41,548 nucleotides of DNA from a virus. Taxonomy: Duplodnaviria > Caudoviricetes. Under the pieces are notes generated by a model. It did not search any database. It saw only the letters and a list, made by a program, of their open reading frames with translations, and was not told the origin of the DNA. Below are positions 25,542 to 34,104 of the stretch, piece after piece. Position numbers and translations under genes: made by a program. The stretch is taken from positions 1-41,548 of the IMG/VR virus record IMGVR_UViG_3300049049_000106. One strand, 5' to 3'. Numbering within the stretch: the stretch's first letter is position 1; every line of letters begins with the position of its first letter.

Positions 25542-25905
25542 CGGCCTGCTCCAAGTTGCGGCCAAGCCATAAACGGCGGGGCCGCCCGGCGCTGTTATCG
25601 GCTGTCCGGGCACTTTCAACCCGCCGTGAGGCGCTACCTCCCTTCGACGGACGCCCCTCGGGGCATGGCCTCCCGGCGTGGCGACCGGGAACGTATGGCA
25701 ACGCCCGCCTTGGCTCGATGAGGCCAACCCGGAAGTAGGTCACCGGGACTGAGTTTGCTGGTGCTGGCCTTGCGGGCTTGCCAGCTTGGGCCGGGCGACA
25801 ACCCGGACACGGCGGCCAGCCGCAAGCATCAGCCGCGCCGGAGTCGTAACCGGCACAGCCTCCAGCCTGTATTCGGGGAATACAGCCTATCCGTTGTTTT
25901 CGGAG
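25542..25905 (+). ncRNA. Unclassified structured RNA / late leader
   Basis: No credible ORF; many perfect stems and four CCGG-loop-CCGG hairpins. Confidence 0.55.
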
Positions 25906-25911
25906 CATCCC

Positions 25912-26145
25912 GTGGCGCACCTGAAACTTGCGAGCGCCGCGTTTGAGCCAGATGCCGGGCTGGTCGAGGCTGCCGAGCGCATCCTAGCCGGGGTCAAGTC
26001 GGGGCAGGTTGTCGGCCTGTTTGCCGTGCTGGAAGTCGGGCAGATAGCCCGCGAGATTGAGGCGGCTGGCGAGCTGGACCCTGACGGCATTGCGGGGTTC
26101 TCGGCCCGCGTGCTGGCAAGCATGGCTAACGGCCATGAAGGCTAA
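25912..26145 (+). CDS. Hypothetical protein (77 aa)
   Basis: GGAG RBS before GTG. Confidence 0.55.
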   Translation: MAHLKLASAAFEPDAGLVEAAERILAGVKSGQVVGLFAVLEVGQIAREIEAAGELDPDGIAGFSARVLASMANGHEG

Positions 26146-26437
26146 GTCCTGCCCCTTCGTCTATGTCCTGTGGCATGACGCGGAACACCCCTCGACGGGG
26201 GAATGGATCATGCGGGCCGACCTCGACAAGTCGCCCAGCCTGACGGTGGAAACGGGCGGTTTTCTGGTCAACCGGACCCGCAAGCTATTACAGGTCGCAG
26301 TCAGTGTTGCCTCTCGGGGGGCCGAGGACGAGCAATACACCGGGGTCATGAATATCCCGATGGGCTGCGTGGAAAAGATCATTGAGTTTCCGGCTTCCGG
26401 TGGCTCCAAGGTCACCTACCAGAAGCGGGCGAAGTGA
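26135..26437 (+). CDS. Conserved phage protein (100 aa)
   Basis: V.W.DA...W...T.GFL...IP.GCV pattern. Confidence 0.65.
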   Translation: MKAKSCPFVYVLWHDAEHPSTGEWIMRADLDKSPSLTVETGGFLVNRTRKLLQVAVSVASRGAEDEQYTGVMNIPMGCVEKIIEFPASGGSKVTYQKRAK

Positions 26438-26661
26438 TGGATTTGGGCACTCTAATCGGCATCGGGACTGGCCTCATCATCCCCGGTATCGGCTTCATCG
26501 TGTGGCTGGTCCGCTTGGAAGGGCGCATCAACACCGAGCGCGAATTGCGGGAAAACCAGCACACGAACACAGTGGACCGCATCAATAGCTTCGAGCAGCG
26601 GATTTACGACACGCTCAAAGAGATTCAATCCACCCTGCGGGATAAGGTGGACCGGCATTGA
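26437..26661 (+). CDS. Putative holin
   Basis: One N-terminal transmembrane segment plus coiled coil, directly before the endolysin. Confidence 0.55.
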   Translation: MDLGTLIGIGTGLIIPGIGFIVWLVRLEGRINTERELRENQHTNTVDRINSFEQRIYDTLKEIQSTLRDKVDRH

Positions 26662-27203
26662 GCCAGCAGCCGCAGCGCCAGCCTAACGGGCGCGCGGTAG
26701 GGGTAGGCTCCGGCCTGGTCCTCGCCTCCGCCGTGGCCCTCGGGCTGCTGGCGAAGTGGGAGCCGGCCCCCAACGATCCGGGGCTGGTGTACGCGGACAA
26801 GCTGGCTAACGGCCTGCCCACGGTCTGCAACGGAATTACCCGGCACGTCACCTCGACCCCGATTGTGGTCGGTGACCGCTGGCCTGCCGCCAAGTGCGCG
26901 GCAGAGGAACGCAAGGCGGTTCTGGCGGTGCAGGGGCAGATCCTACGCTGCTTTACTCGCACGCCGCCGCAGAGCGTGTTTGACGCGGCCACAAGCCATG
27001 CCTGGAACCTCGGGGCCTCGCGCACCTGCGGCAGTCAGGCAATGGCGGCGTGGAACGCAGGCGATTGGGCGCTGGGCTGCCGGCGCATCGCCTTTTCGGA
27101 CTCAGGCAAGCGGGTATGGAGCAGCGCCGGGGGCAAGATCGTCCGGGGCCTCTACCTGCGCCGCGAGGATGAGGTGCGGGTTTGCATGAGGGACGTGGCG
27201 TGA
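26658..27203 (+). CDS. SAR endolysin (GH24 lysozyme)
   Basis: Gly/Ala-rich SAR segment, then E...YAD...TVCNGIT; GL..RR..E..C. Confidence 0.85.
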   Translation: MSQQPQRQPNGRAVGVGSGLVLASAVALGLLAKWEPAPNDPGLVYADKLANGLPTVCNGITRHVTSTPIVVGDRWPAAKCAAEERKAVLAVQGQILRCFTRTPPQSVFDAATSHAWNLGASRTCGSQAMAAWNAGDWALGCRRIAFSDSGKRVWSSAGGKIVRGLYLRREDEVRVCMRDVA

Positions 27204-27340
27204 TGTTCAACACCGATGGATTTACCGGCTGCCTGATCGTGGCTGGTCTCGGTTGCGCCGCGATTGGTGCGCTTGCCGCATGGCTGCTGCCGAAGTTGTG
27301 GCACTGGCTGATGCCGCTTATCCACGCTGCGACCGCATGA
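27203..27340 (+). CDS. Small membrane protein in lysis cassette (45 aa)
   Basis: Coupled at both ends; hydrophobic. Confidence 0.55.
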   Translation: MFNTDGFTGCLIVAGLGCAAIGALAAWLLPKLWHWLMPLIHAATA

Positions 27341-27723
27341 CCGCCGCCTTCCTGCTCCGCCACTGGCGCATCCTCGCCCTGCTGGCCTGTGTGCTGGGCC
27401 TGTTCTGGTTCGGCTACCACACGAAGGCCAAGATTGACGCGCGGGAGGCCGCCGTGGCCGAGCTTGAGCGCATGGTGGCCGAGAAAGACGAAGTGATCGC
27501 CGGCCTGATGGAATCCAGGCGCTTGCAGGAAGCCGCCAACGCCGCCTCAAAGGCCGCAGGGGACCGTAACGATGCCGTACTGCCCAAGACCCGCCGCGAG
27601 ACGGCTGGCCGCGTTGAGCGCGCTCCTGTTGCTGACGCTGCTACCGAGCTGCGCGACGATCAGGAAGCCATTGCCGCCTACGAATCCGCCGCAGGTAGAT
27701 TGCAAGGAACGCGCCCCCGCTGA
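27337..27723 (+). CDS. Inner-membrane spanin (Rz-like)
   Basis: N-terminal transmembrane segment plus Ala-rich coiled coil. Confidence 0.75.
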   Translation: MTAAFLLRHWRILALLACVLGLFWFGYHTKAKIDAREAAVAELERMVAEKDEVIAGLMESRRLQEAANAASKAAGDRNDAVLPKTRRETAGRVERAPVADAATELRDDQEAIAAYESAAGRLQGTRPR

Positions 27724-27877
27724 GGACGCCATCCCAGCCCCTAGCGGCTCCACGGATTACCGCGACTGGCGGGCGTGGGGGTTGCAGGGGTGGGGCGTGG
27801 CGACGGCGGAGGTGGAGAAGCGAATCTCCACGGCGGAGTGCCTAGACCGGCTCAGGGCTGGCGGGGTGATTCGCTAG
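27572..27877 (+). CDS. Outer-membrane spanin (Rz1-like lipoprotein)
   Basis: LLLTLLPSC lipobox; Pro-rich; overlaps the i-spanin. Confidence 0.75.
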   Translation: MPYCPRPAARRLAALSALLLLTLLPSCATIRKPLPPTNPPQVDCKERAPAEDAIPAPSGSTDYRDWRAWGLQGWGVATAEVEKRISTAECLDRLRAGGVIR

Positions 27878-28149
27878 AATTTCGGTTGAAGGCGCTCGAC
27901 AGCGCGCTCGCCAGCGCCGCGACTAACCCAAATGCCGCGCTCGGGCGTGATGCCTTCCATGGCATTGCCCCAGCACGGGCTCCAGTATTTCTTGACCTCA
28001 TTCGCGCCGGGGTCGGCATACCCCAGCTCAAGGCAAAGCCTGCGCGCGTCTGCTGCCGAATAAGCAGCGACGTACAGGTGGGTTCCCTTCCAATCGCTTT
28101 GCGGCAACACGCCGTAAACGCGACCGTTCCACAGTTTCAATTGCTTCAC
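27874..28149 (-). CDS. Moron hypothetical protein (91 aa)
   Basis: GTGA coupling; RBS GAGG. Confidence 0.6.
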   Translation of the reverse strand: MKQLKLWNGRVYGVLPQSDWKGTHLYVAAYSAADARRLCLELGYADPGANEVKKYWSPCWGNAMEGITPERGIWVSRGAGERAVERLQPKF

Positions 28150-28400
28150 GGCTTCGACCTCGTAAGTAGGCGATTCACAACCGCCGCGATGGACTCGCCC
28201 TTGGCGACCCATGCGGCGAGTTTGGCGGCTGCGGCGGGGGTGAGCATGACGGCAATTTGCTTGCCGCCAGCCTCGGCCCGAGCTTGACGGCTGCGGGCTT
28301 GTCGCTCGGGGTCCGGGGTTGCCACGAAGTCTCCAAGACAGTTGGGGCAGCCACGGCCCCCCAGCCCCTCGGGGAAGCGGTGGCCGCATCGGCAGATCAT
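28146..28400 (-). CDS. Zn-ribbon plus ribbon-helix-helix regulator
   Basis: CRCG...CPNC; GGKQIAVMLTPAAAAKL...SIAAVVNRLL. Confidence 0.65.
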   Translation of the reverse strand: MICRCGHRFPEGLGGRGCPNCLGDFVATPDPERQARSRQARAEAGGKQIAVMLTPAAAAKLAAWVAKGESIAAVVNRLLTRSKP

Positions 28401-28588
28401 TTCACGGCCCTAGCGGCAGAGGCAACGTGGAGGCGGTTAGGGCTGGCCTTGGTCTGCTCCACGCCGTTCACCACTTCGATGCCGACCTTGGAGCCGCCGC
28501 TGGTGATGATCGTCTTGGCGGTGCGCTTGGCAACCGTGATGAAGCTGTCGCCGTAGGTGTAGGACTTACCGACTTCAAACTTGTTCAT
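28397..28588 (-). CDS. Moron hypothetical protein (63 aa)
   Basis: RBS AAGGGG; KFEVGKSY...ITV.KRTAKT. Confidence 0.65.
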   Translation of the reverse strand: MNKFEVGKSYTYGDSFITVAKRTAKTIITSGGSKVGIEVVNGVEQTKASPNRLHVASAARAVK

Positions 28589-28616
28589 GGCTGCGCCCCT
28601 TCGATTTGATAGGGTT

Positions 28617-28645
28617 AGATTGCCGCCGTGACTAGTCACAGTCAA
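28617..28645 (-). promoter_or_regulatory. Sigma70 promoter with palindromic operator
   Basis: TTGACT-17-CAATCT with GTGACTAGTCAC (28628-28639) in the spacer. Confidence 0.75.
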
Positions 28646-28697
28646 GCAGTTTCGCCAACTATCCGACGAACGGTAGTTATCCACAGGACCGCGACCC

Positions 28698-29282
28698 ATG
28701 CGCTACCCCCTCCTGCTTGCCCTAGTGGCGCTGTCGGGGTGTGCGGATGCGCGGCCGGTGTACGAGGAACTGCACGCCGCCACGATGCGCCTAGAGGTGC
28801 CGGGTGGTGTCTGCTCAGGTACGGCGGTATCGCGCAACTGGATCCTGACCGCCGGACATTGCCTAGCGGACGGGGCCAAGGCGCTGCGAGCCAATGGGGA
28901 GCATTGCGAGGTCCACGCGATAGAGCGGGACCAGCAGGACCACATCCTGGTCCGGGTCGGCGGGTGCCACTTCAAGGTGACCGCCAAGCTGGGCAAGGCC
29001 CCGAAGGTGGGGCAGGCCATTTGGTTCTACGGCAACCCCGGCGACTTTAGCGACCAGCTCCGGTTTGGCCGGGTGGCGGGCTACCGGGACAACGCGATGC
29101 CCGGCATGGGCCGCGCACAGATGCTCGACGTGACCGGAACCTTCGGGGACTCCGGTTCCGGCGTGTTCAACGAGGCCGGCGTGCTGGTCGGCGTGGTCAG
29201 CATCGGCAACCGCTCGGTGGGCTTCATGGGCATGTTCCCAATTCAGTTCACCCGCGCGCAACTGGACAGGGCGGGGCTGTGA
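28698..29282 (+). CDS. Trypsin-like (S1) serine protease, lipoprotein
   Basis: LALVALSGC lipobox; ILTAGHC, QDH, GDSGSG catalytic motifs. Confidence 0.9.
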   Translation: MRYPLLLALVALSGCADARPVYEELHAATMRLEVPGGVCSGTAVSRNWILTAGHCLADGAKALRANGEHCEVHAIERDQQDHILVRVGGCHFKVTAKLGKAPKVGQAIWFYGNPGDFSDQLRFGRVAGYRDNAMPGMGRAQMLDVTGTFGDSGSGVFNEAGVLVGVVSIGNRSVGFMGMFPIQFTRAQLDRAGL

Positions 29283-29497
29283 ACGACCTCACGGACGCCC
29301 AGGCCGAGGAACTGGCCGGGATCCTCCAAGACTTCGTGCAGGACCGGGCATTGGACGGCTTGCATTGCGTGGTGGTGGTAGTTGGCCGAGGCATCAGCAA
29401 AACCGCCTACGCCAAGGACACCGCGCCTGTGGTGCCAACCCTCCTAGCGGCGGCCTATCGGGCGTCGCGGGACTACAACGTGGCGAGGCAGAACTGA
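29279..29497 (+). CDS. Hypothetical protein (72 aa)
   Basis: Coupled. Confidence 0.55.
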   Translation: MNDLTDAQAEELAGILQDFVQDRALDGLHCVVVVVGRGISKTAYAKDTAPVVPTLLAAAYRASRDYNVARQN

Positions 29498-29667
29498 TGA
29501 GGCTCCCCGAAGGTCATCCCGCATGGTGGGCCAAGCGCGTACTGGATCGCCTGCAAGGCGGCGAGACGTGGGAAGCGGCCATCGCAGGCAGCCCCTTCGA
29601 TGAAAGGCACAAGGGACAGTTCCTTGTGTTCTTGGAGTGCATGAGAAACAGGCAGGCCATTCAGTGA
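29497..29667 (+). CDS. Hypothetical protein (56 aa)
   Basis: TGATG coupling. Confidence 0.5.
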   Translation: MRLPEGHPAWWAKRVLDRLQGGETWEAAIAGSPFDERHKGQFLVFLECMRNRQAIQ

Positions 29668-29813
29668 GAGTTGACCGAATCTACATGGTGACCGGATCCC
29701 GCAAGGAGCGCCGGGCACAGATTGCCTGCATGGGCCGCAAGGAACGGGAGCGCCGTATGCGCGCCTTCCTTGTGAAGGCTGTGCGGGACCAAGTGAACAA
29801 GGAAACGCTGTGA
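29664..29813 (+). CDS. Basic peptide (49 aa)
   Basis: GTGA coupling at both ends. Confidence 0.4.
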   Translation: MRVDRIYMVTGSRKERRAQIACMGRKERERRMRAFLVKAVRDQVNKETL

Positions 29814-30112
29814 ACACCAGCCGCGCCTATCGTGACGCCGATAGTACGGTCACGCTGTGGGTCCGCGACGAGTCGGGCAAGCTGGATTGGGCGGACGCGG
29901 ACGTGATCCGCATGTATTTCTACGCCTACGGCTCGGCCACCAAGGTCGAGGAGTCGGGCGTGACCCCGGTGTTTGCCGATGCGGTGACCGGCCGGCTGAC
30001 CTTCACGATTACCTCGGACTACGCCGACACCAACCTGCCGCGCGGCTCCTACCGCTATTCCGTGGTGCGCAATGACGCCCAGGTGGCGGACGGATTGCTG
30101 GAAGTGGTGTGA
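29810..30112 (+). CDS. Beta-sandwich (BppU-N-like) protein
   Basis: DAVTGRLTFTIT...LPRGSYRYSV...GLLEV pattern. Confidence 0.55.
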   Translation: MNTSRAYRDADSTVTLWVRDESGKLDWADADVIRMYFYAYGSATKVEESGVTPVFADAVTGRLTFTITSDYADTNLPRGSYRYSVVRNDAQVADGLLEVV

Positions 30113-30405
30113 TGGATAAAGAAACGGACCAGAAACCCCGAGTGGGTGACGGGACGCCCGGCCCTGGCAGGCCCAAGGGGAGCCAAAACAGGGCGACCAA
30201 GGCCGTCAAAGAAACGATCATGGCGGCCGCCGAGGAGTTGGGCGGGGCGGATCGCCTGGTGGCGTGGGCCAAGGAGGATCCGGCCAACGAGCGGGCCTTC
30301 TGGTCGAGTATCTACCCCAAGCTGCTGCCCAAGGAGCTTTCCGGCGTTGACGGTGAGCGACTGTTCCCGCAGACCGTGGAACTGGTCGCCGTCGAGCCGA
30401 AGTGA
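30112..30405 (+). CDS. terS: Terminase small subunit
   Basis: GPGRPKGSQN...KLLPKE motif directly before terL. Confidence 0.8.
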   Translation: MDKETDQKPRVGDGTPGPGRPKGSQNRATKAVKETIMAAAEELGGADRLVAWAKEDPANERAFWSSIYPKLLPKELSGVDGERLFPQTVELVAVEPK

Positions 30406-31691
30406 CCACCCTCAGGCTGGAGATACCGGCCAAGGCGCTGCCTGTGGTCAATACGACCGCGCGCCACATCATCCTGCGGGGTGGGCGCGGGTCGGCCAAG
30501 TCGTGGTCCGTAGCGCGCATCCTGGCGGCCAAGGCGTATGCCAAGCCGCAACGCTGGCTGTTGTGCCGCGAGATTCAGAAGTCCATCAAGGAATCGTCCC
30601 ACCGGCTCATGGCCGACACGATCCAGGCGATGGGGCTGGGCGGGTTCTACGACATTCAGCAGACGGTGATTAAGGGGGCCAACGGCTCCGAGTTCGCATT
30701 TGCTGGCTTGCAGGACCACACGGCGGACAGCATCAAGTCTTACGAGAACTTCGACGGGGCTTGGATTGAGGAGGCCCACACGGTTCGGGAGCGGTCGGCC
30801 CAAGTACTGATCCCGACCATCCGAAAGCCGGGCAGCCAGCTCATCTGGACCTATAACCCCGAGAACGAGGACGACTTCGTTCACTTGAAGGCGCAGCACC
30901 CGGACGCGCATACGCTGGTGATTGATATGAACCACCGGGACAACCCGTGGTTCCCGGCGGAACTGGAAATGGAGCGGCTGGCCCTCAAGGCGCTCAACCC
31001 CGACCTGTACGCCCATGTGTGGGAAGGGCAATGCCGGTCGGTCGCCGGCTTCATGTTCAAGCGCGACTGGTTCAAGTTCTATGACGTTCTGCCCTCGCGG
31101 CTGAACCGCTACATCGCCAGCGACTACGCGGGGGCACCTGACCCGGACAACCCGCAGAACGAGCCGGACAGCACCGAGCATGGCGTGTGGGGCCTGAGCG
31201 AATCGGGCGACCTGTATGCGCTGGACTGGTGGGAAGGCAAGGCCGACCCGGCGGAATGGATTGACGCCTGGATTGAGTTGGTGGCGCGGCATAAACCGCT
31301 GGCCGCCTTCGAGGAAAAGGGCGTGATCCTGCGGGCGCTGGACTCTGCGATCACCAAGCGGATGCGGGAAACCGGCACGTTCACTCGCCGCGTGGCGCTT
31401 CCGAGCGCCAGTAGCAAGGCCGATAGGGCGCTGGGCTTTGCGGCCCGAGCCAGTGCGGGGTGTGTGTACCTGCCCAAAGACAAGCCGTGGGCCATTCGCC
31501 TGCTGAACCAGCTTTGCGCCTTCAACGGCCAAGACGGGCGCGCGGATGACGGCGTGGACGTATGCAGCTTGGTAGGCCGAGGGCTGGACGAGATGGCGAA
31601 CGGCGCGCGAGCGCCGGGCCAAGTGCTCCCGCCCCGGCGACGTGACTACGGCCATAACACGGCCCCGACTGACAACTGGAAAACCGCATGA
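30402..31691 (+). CDS. terL: Terminase large subunit (PBSX-like)
   Basis: GGRGSAKS Walker A, REIQKSI, WIEEA Walker B, TYNP, DDGVD. Confidence 0.95.
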   Translation: MTTLRLEIPAKALPVVNTTARHIILRGGRGSAKSWSVARILAAKAYAKPQRWLLCREIQKSIKESSHRLMADTIQAMGLGGFYDIQQTVIKGANGSEFAFAGLQDHTADSIKSYENFDGAWIEEAHTVRERSAQVLIPTIRKPGSQLIWTYNPENEDDFVHLKAQHPDAHTLVIDMNHRDNPWFPAELEMERLALKALNPDLYAHVWEGQCRSVAGFMFKRDWFKFYDVLPSRLNRYIASDYAGAPDPDNPQNEPDSTEHGVWGLSESGDLYALDWWEGKADPAEWIDAWIELVARHKPLAAFEEKGVILRALDSAITKRMRETGTFTRRVALPSASSKADRALGFAARASAGCVYLPKDKPWAIRLLNQLCAFNGQDGRADDGVDVCSLVGRGLDEMANGARAPGQVLPPRRRDYGHNTAPTDNWKTA

Positions 31692-33535
31692 CCGAGCAGG
31701 CCAAGGACGGCCACGACCATCAGCGTTGCCTGGATCAGTTCGAGGAGGCTTTCGAGCAGACCACGCAGGAGCGCAAGGATGGCGAGGTTGCGCGCGACTA
31801 CTACGACGGCAAGCAGCTAACCGCCGAGGAATTGGCGGCCCTTGCCGATCGCAAGCAGCCGCCGGTTATCAGCAACCGGATCAAGCCCAAGATTGACGCC
31901 CTGCTGGGCTTCGAGAAGCGCCAGCGGACGGACCCCAAGGCGTATCCCCGGACGCCCAAGCACGAGCAGGAGGCCGATAGCGTCACCGACGCCATCCGCT
32001 TCGTGTGCGACCAGAACCGCTTCCCGCTGATCCGCTCGGAGGCCGCTGAGTTCGTCCTGATCGAAGGCATTGGCGCGGCCACTGTGACGGTCCAACAGGG
32101 CCGGGGCGGGCAGATGGACGTGAAGCTCAATGCCGTGCCGTGGGATCGCTTCTACCGCGACCCGCACAGCCGCAAGCGCGATTTCAGCGACGCCAACTAC
32201 CTCGGCACCGTCCTGTGGATGGACGAGGCCGACGCGCTCGCCATGTTCCCCGGCAAGGAGGACGTGGTTAAGGATTGCTACGTCGATTCCTCGGTCGAGG
32301 GCGAAACCTACGATGACCGCCCGACGCTGGCCTGGAGCGACCGCAAGCGCAAGCGCGTGCGCGTCTTGCAGCACCGCTACAAGGAAGGCGGCAAGTGGAT
32401 GACCGCCATCGTCTGCAAGGGCGGCTACCTGCGCGACCCGCAGCCCTCGCCCTATGTGGACGAGGATGGCGTGCCCGAGTGCGACCTGATCGCCGTGTCC
32501 GCCTATGTGGACCGCGAGAATCGCCGCTATGGCGCGGTCAAGATGATGATTTCGCCGCAGGACGAGATTAACAAGCGGCGTAGCAAGGCCCTGCACCTCC
32601 TGAATAACCGCATGGTCATCATGGAGGAAGGGGCGACGGCAGACATTGAGCAGACCCGCCGCGAGGTGGCCCGCCCCGATGGCGTGGTGTTCGTCCACCC
32701 GAACATGCGGTTTGAAATGCCCGACCAGCGCGGGCTCATCCAAGGCCAGTTCGAGCTGTTGCAGGAGAGCAAGGCCGAGATTGATGCGTCTGGTGTCAAC
32801 CCGGCGCTAGAGGGCGACCTGAAAGCCCCCAGCGGGCGCGCTGTGGAGGCGCTGACGCAGGCCGGGCTGGCAGAGCAGGCCATCGTGTTCGACGCCTTGA
32901 AGGACTTCTCCTGGCGCGTGTATCGGGCCGTGTGGCACCGCATCCGCCAGTACTGGACCGACGAGCGCTGGGTTCGCGTGACGGACGATGAGCGCAACCT
33001 GCGCTGGGTCGGGATCAACGCCCCGGCCAAGGACGAAATGGGCCAGCCGGTGGTTGGCCCGGACGGTCGCCCGCAGTTGCAGAACGTGCTGGGCGAGTTG
33101 GACATTGACCTGATCCTTGAGGACGGCCCGGACTCGGTGACCATCCAGAGCGAGCAGTTCGAGCAGTTGGTCGAGCTGAAAAAGGCCGACCCGACCGCGA
33201 TCCCCACCAAGGCGATCATTGAAGCCTCCAGCCTGCGCAACAAGGACGCGATCCTTGAGCAGTTGGAGCAGGGCGGTGTCCCACCCCAGGTCGCCCAGCA
33301 GATGCAGGAAATGCAGCAGGCCTTGGCCGAGAGCCAGCAAGCCCTCCAGCAGGCGCAGCAGGACGCGATGCAGGCCAAGGGCGACATGGCGATCAAGGCC
33401 GCCGAGTTGCAGTTGAAGGAGCGCGAGCTGGCGCTGAAAGAGGCCGAGTTGCAGCTAAAGACCTACGAAGCCGAAACCGACCGTATCCAGGCGCTCAAGC
33501 CTGATCCCCAACCCGTTTCCAAGGAGTTGCAGTAA
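31688..33535 (+). CDS. Portal protein (P22-like)
   Basis: YYDGKQ, NRIKPKID, QDEINKRRSK, SGRA; C-terminal Gln-rich barrel coil. Confidence 0.9.
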   Translation: MTEQAKDGHDHQRCLDQFEEAFEQTTQERKDGEVARDYYDGKQLTAEELAALADRKQPPVISNRIKPKIDALLGFEKRQRTDPKAYPRTPKHEQEADSVTDAIRFVCDQNRFPLIRSEAAEFVLIEGIGAATVTVQQGRGGQMDVKLNAVPWDRFYRDPHSRKRDFSDANYLGTVLWMDEADALAMFPGKEDVVKDCYVDSSVEGETYDDRPTLAWSDRKRKRVRVLQHRYKEGGKWMTAIVCKGGYLRDPQPSPYVDEDGVPECDLIAVSAYVDRENRRYGAVKMMISPQDEINKRRSKALHLLNNRMVIMEEGATADIEQTRREVARPDGVVFVHPNMRFEMPDQRGLIQGQFELLQESKAEIDASGVNPALEGDLKAPSGRAVEALTQAGLAEQAIVFDALKDFSWRVYRAVWHRIRQYWTDERWVRVTDDERNLRWVGINAPAKDEMGQPVVGPDGRPQLQNVLGELDIDLILEDGPDSVTIQSEQFEQLVELKKADPTAIPTKAIIEASSLRNKDAILEQLEQGGVPPQVAQQMQEMQQALAESQQALQQAQQDAMQAKGDMAIKAAELQLKERELALKEAELQLKTYEAETDRIQALKPDPQPVSKELQ

Positions 33536-33960
33536 TGGCACAGGGCACCACCACCTACCCCACCACGATTGACGCGGAGCGCACCAACCCGTCGAACATG
33601 GACACCTCCGAGGCCGCCATGATCGCGGTCCAGACCAAGCTCGGCGTGGGCCGGGTTGCCTCTGCCGATGGCGCGATCAGCGTTGCCTCGGGCGAGGTGG
33701 TCATCACCAAGGGCAGCGCCGCCGCCCTGACGCTGGCGGCCCCGACCGCTGCGATGAACTACCAGCGCCTCGTCATCTCCTCGGCCACCGCGTTCGCCCA
33801 TGTGGTCACCGCGACGGACCTGCTGGAGGACGGCATTACCGGCGGCGCGAAGGACACGGCCACGTTTGGCGCGTTCGCGGGTGCCTCGCTGGAGCTGATG
33901 GCCTACAACCTCAAGTGGCTGGTCCTGAACAAGAACGTTGTGACCATCGCCGCCGCCTAA
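33535..33960 (+). CDS. Virion decoration/head-fibre-like protein (141 aa)
   Basis: Ala/Thr-rich beta pattern; strong RBS; followed by a terminator. Confidence 0.5.
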   Translation: MAQGTTTYPTTIDAERTNPSNMDTSEAAMIAVQTKLGVGRVASADGAISVASGEVVITKGSAAALTLAAPTAAMNYQRLVISSATAFAHVVTATDLLEDGITGGAKDTATFGAFAGASLELMAYNLKWLVLNKNVVTIAAA

Positions 33961-33983
33961 CGCGGTAACTGATTCAGACGAAA

Positions 33984-34007
33984 GAGCCGCCTCCGGGCGG
34001 CTTTTTT
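33984..34007 (+). terminator. Rho-independent terminator
   Basis: GAGCCGCC-TCCG-GGCGGCTT plus T run. Confidence 0.85.
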
Positions 34008-34104
34008 GTTGCCCCAAACCTGCCCCGGGACACAGGGGACGGACGGCCACGGATTGGGCCGAGACGCGCCGCCAGCGAATGGGCGATCAGCAAGGAAGCA
34101 CCCA

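Noticed and set aside
25671-25854. CRISPR or TIGR-like array
   Set aside because: Hairpins share only CCGG stems, spacing is irregular, and no Cas or Nop-domain gene is seen
25542-25905. Canonical tRNA, tmRNA or group I/II intron
   Set aside because: No GTTCRA T-loop, cloverleaf or domain V motif found by eye
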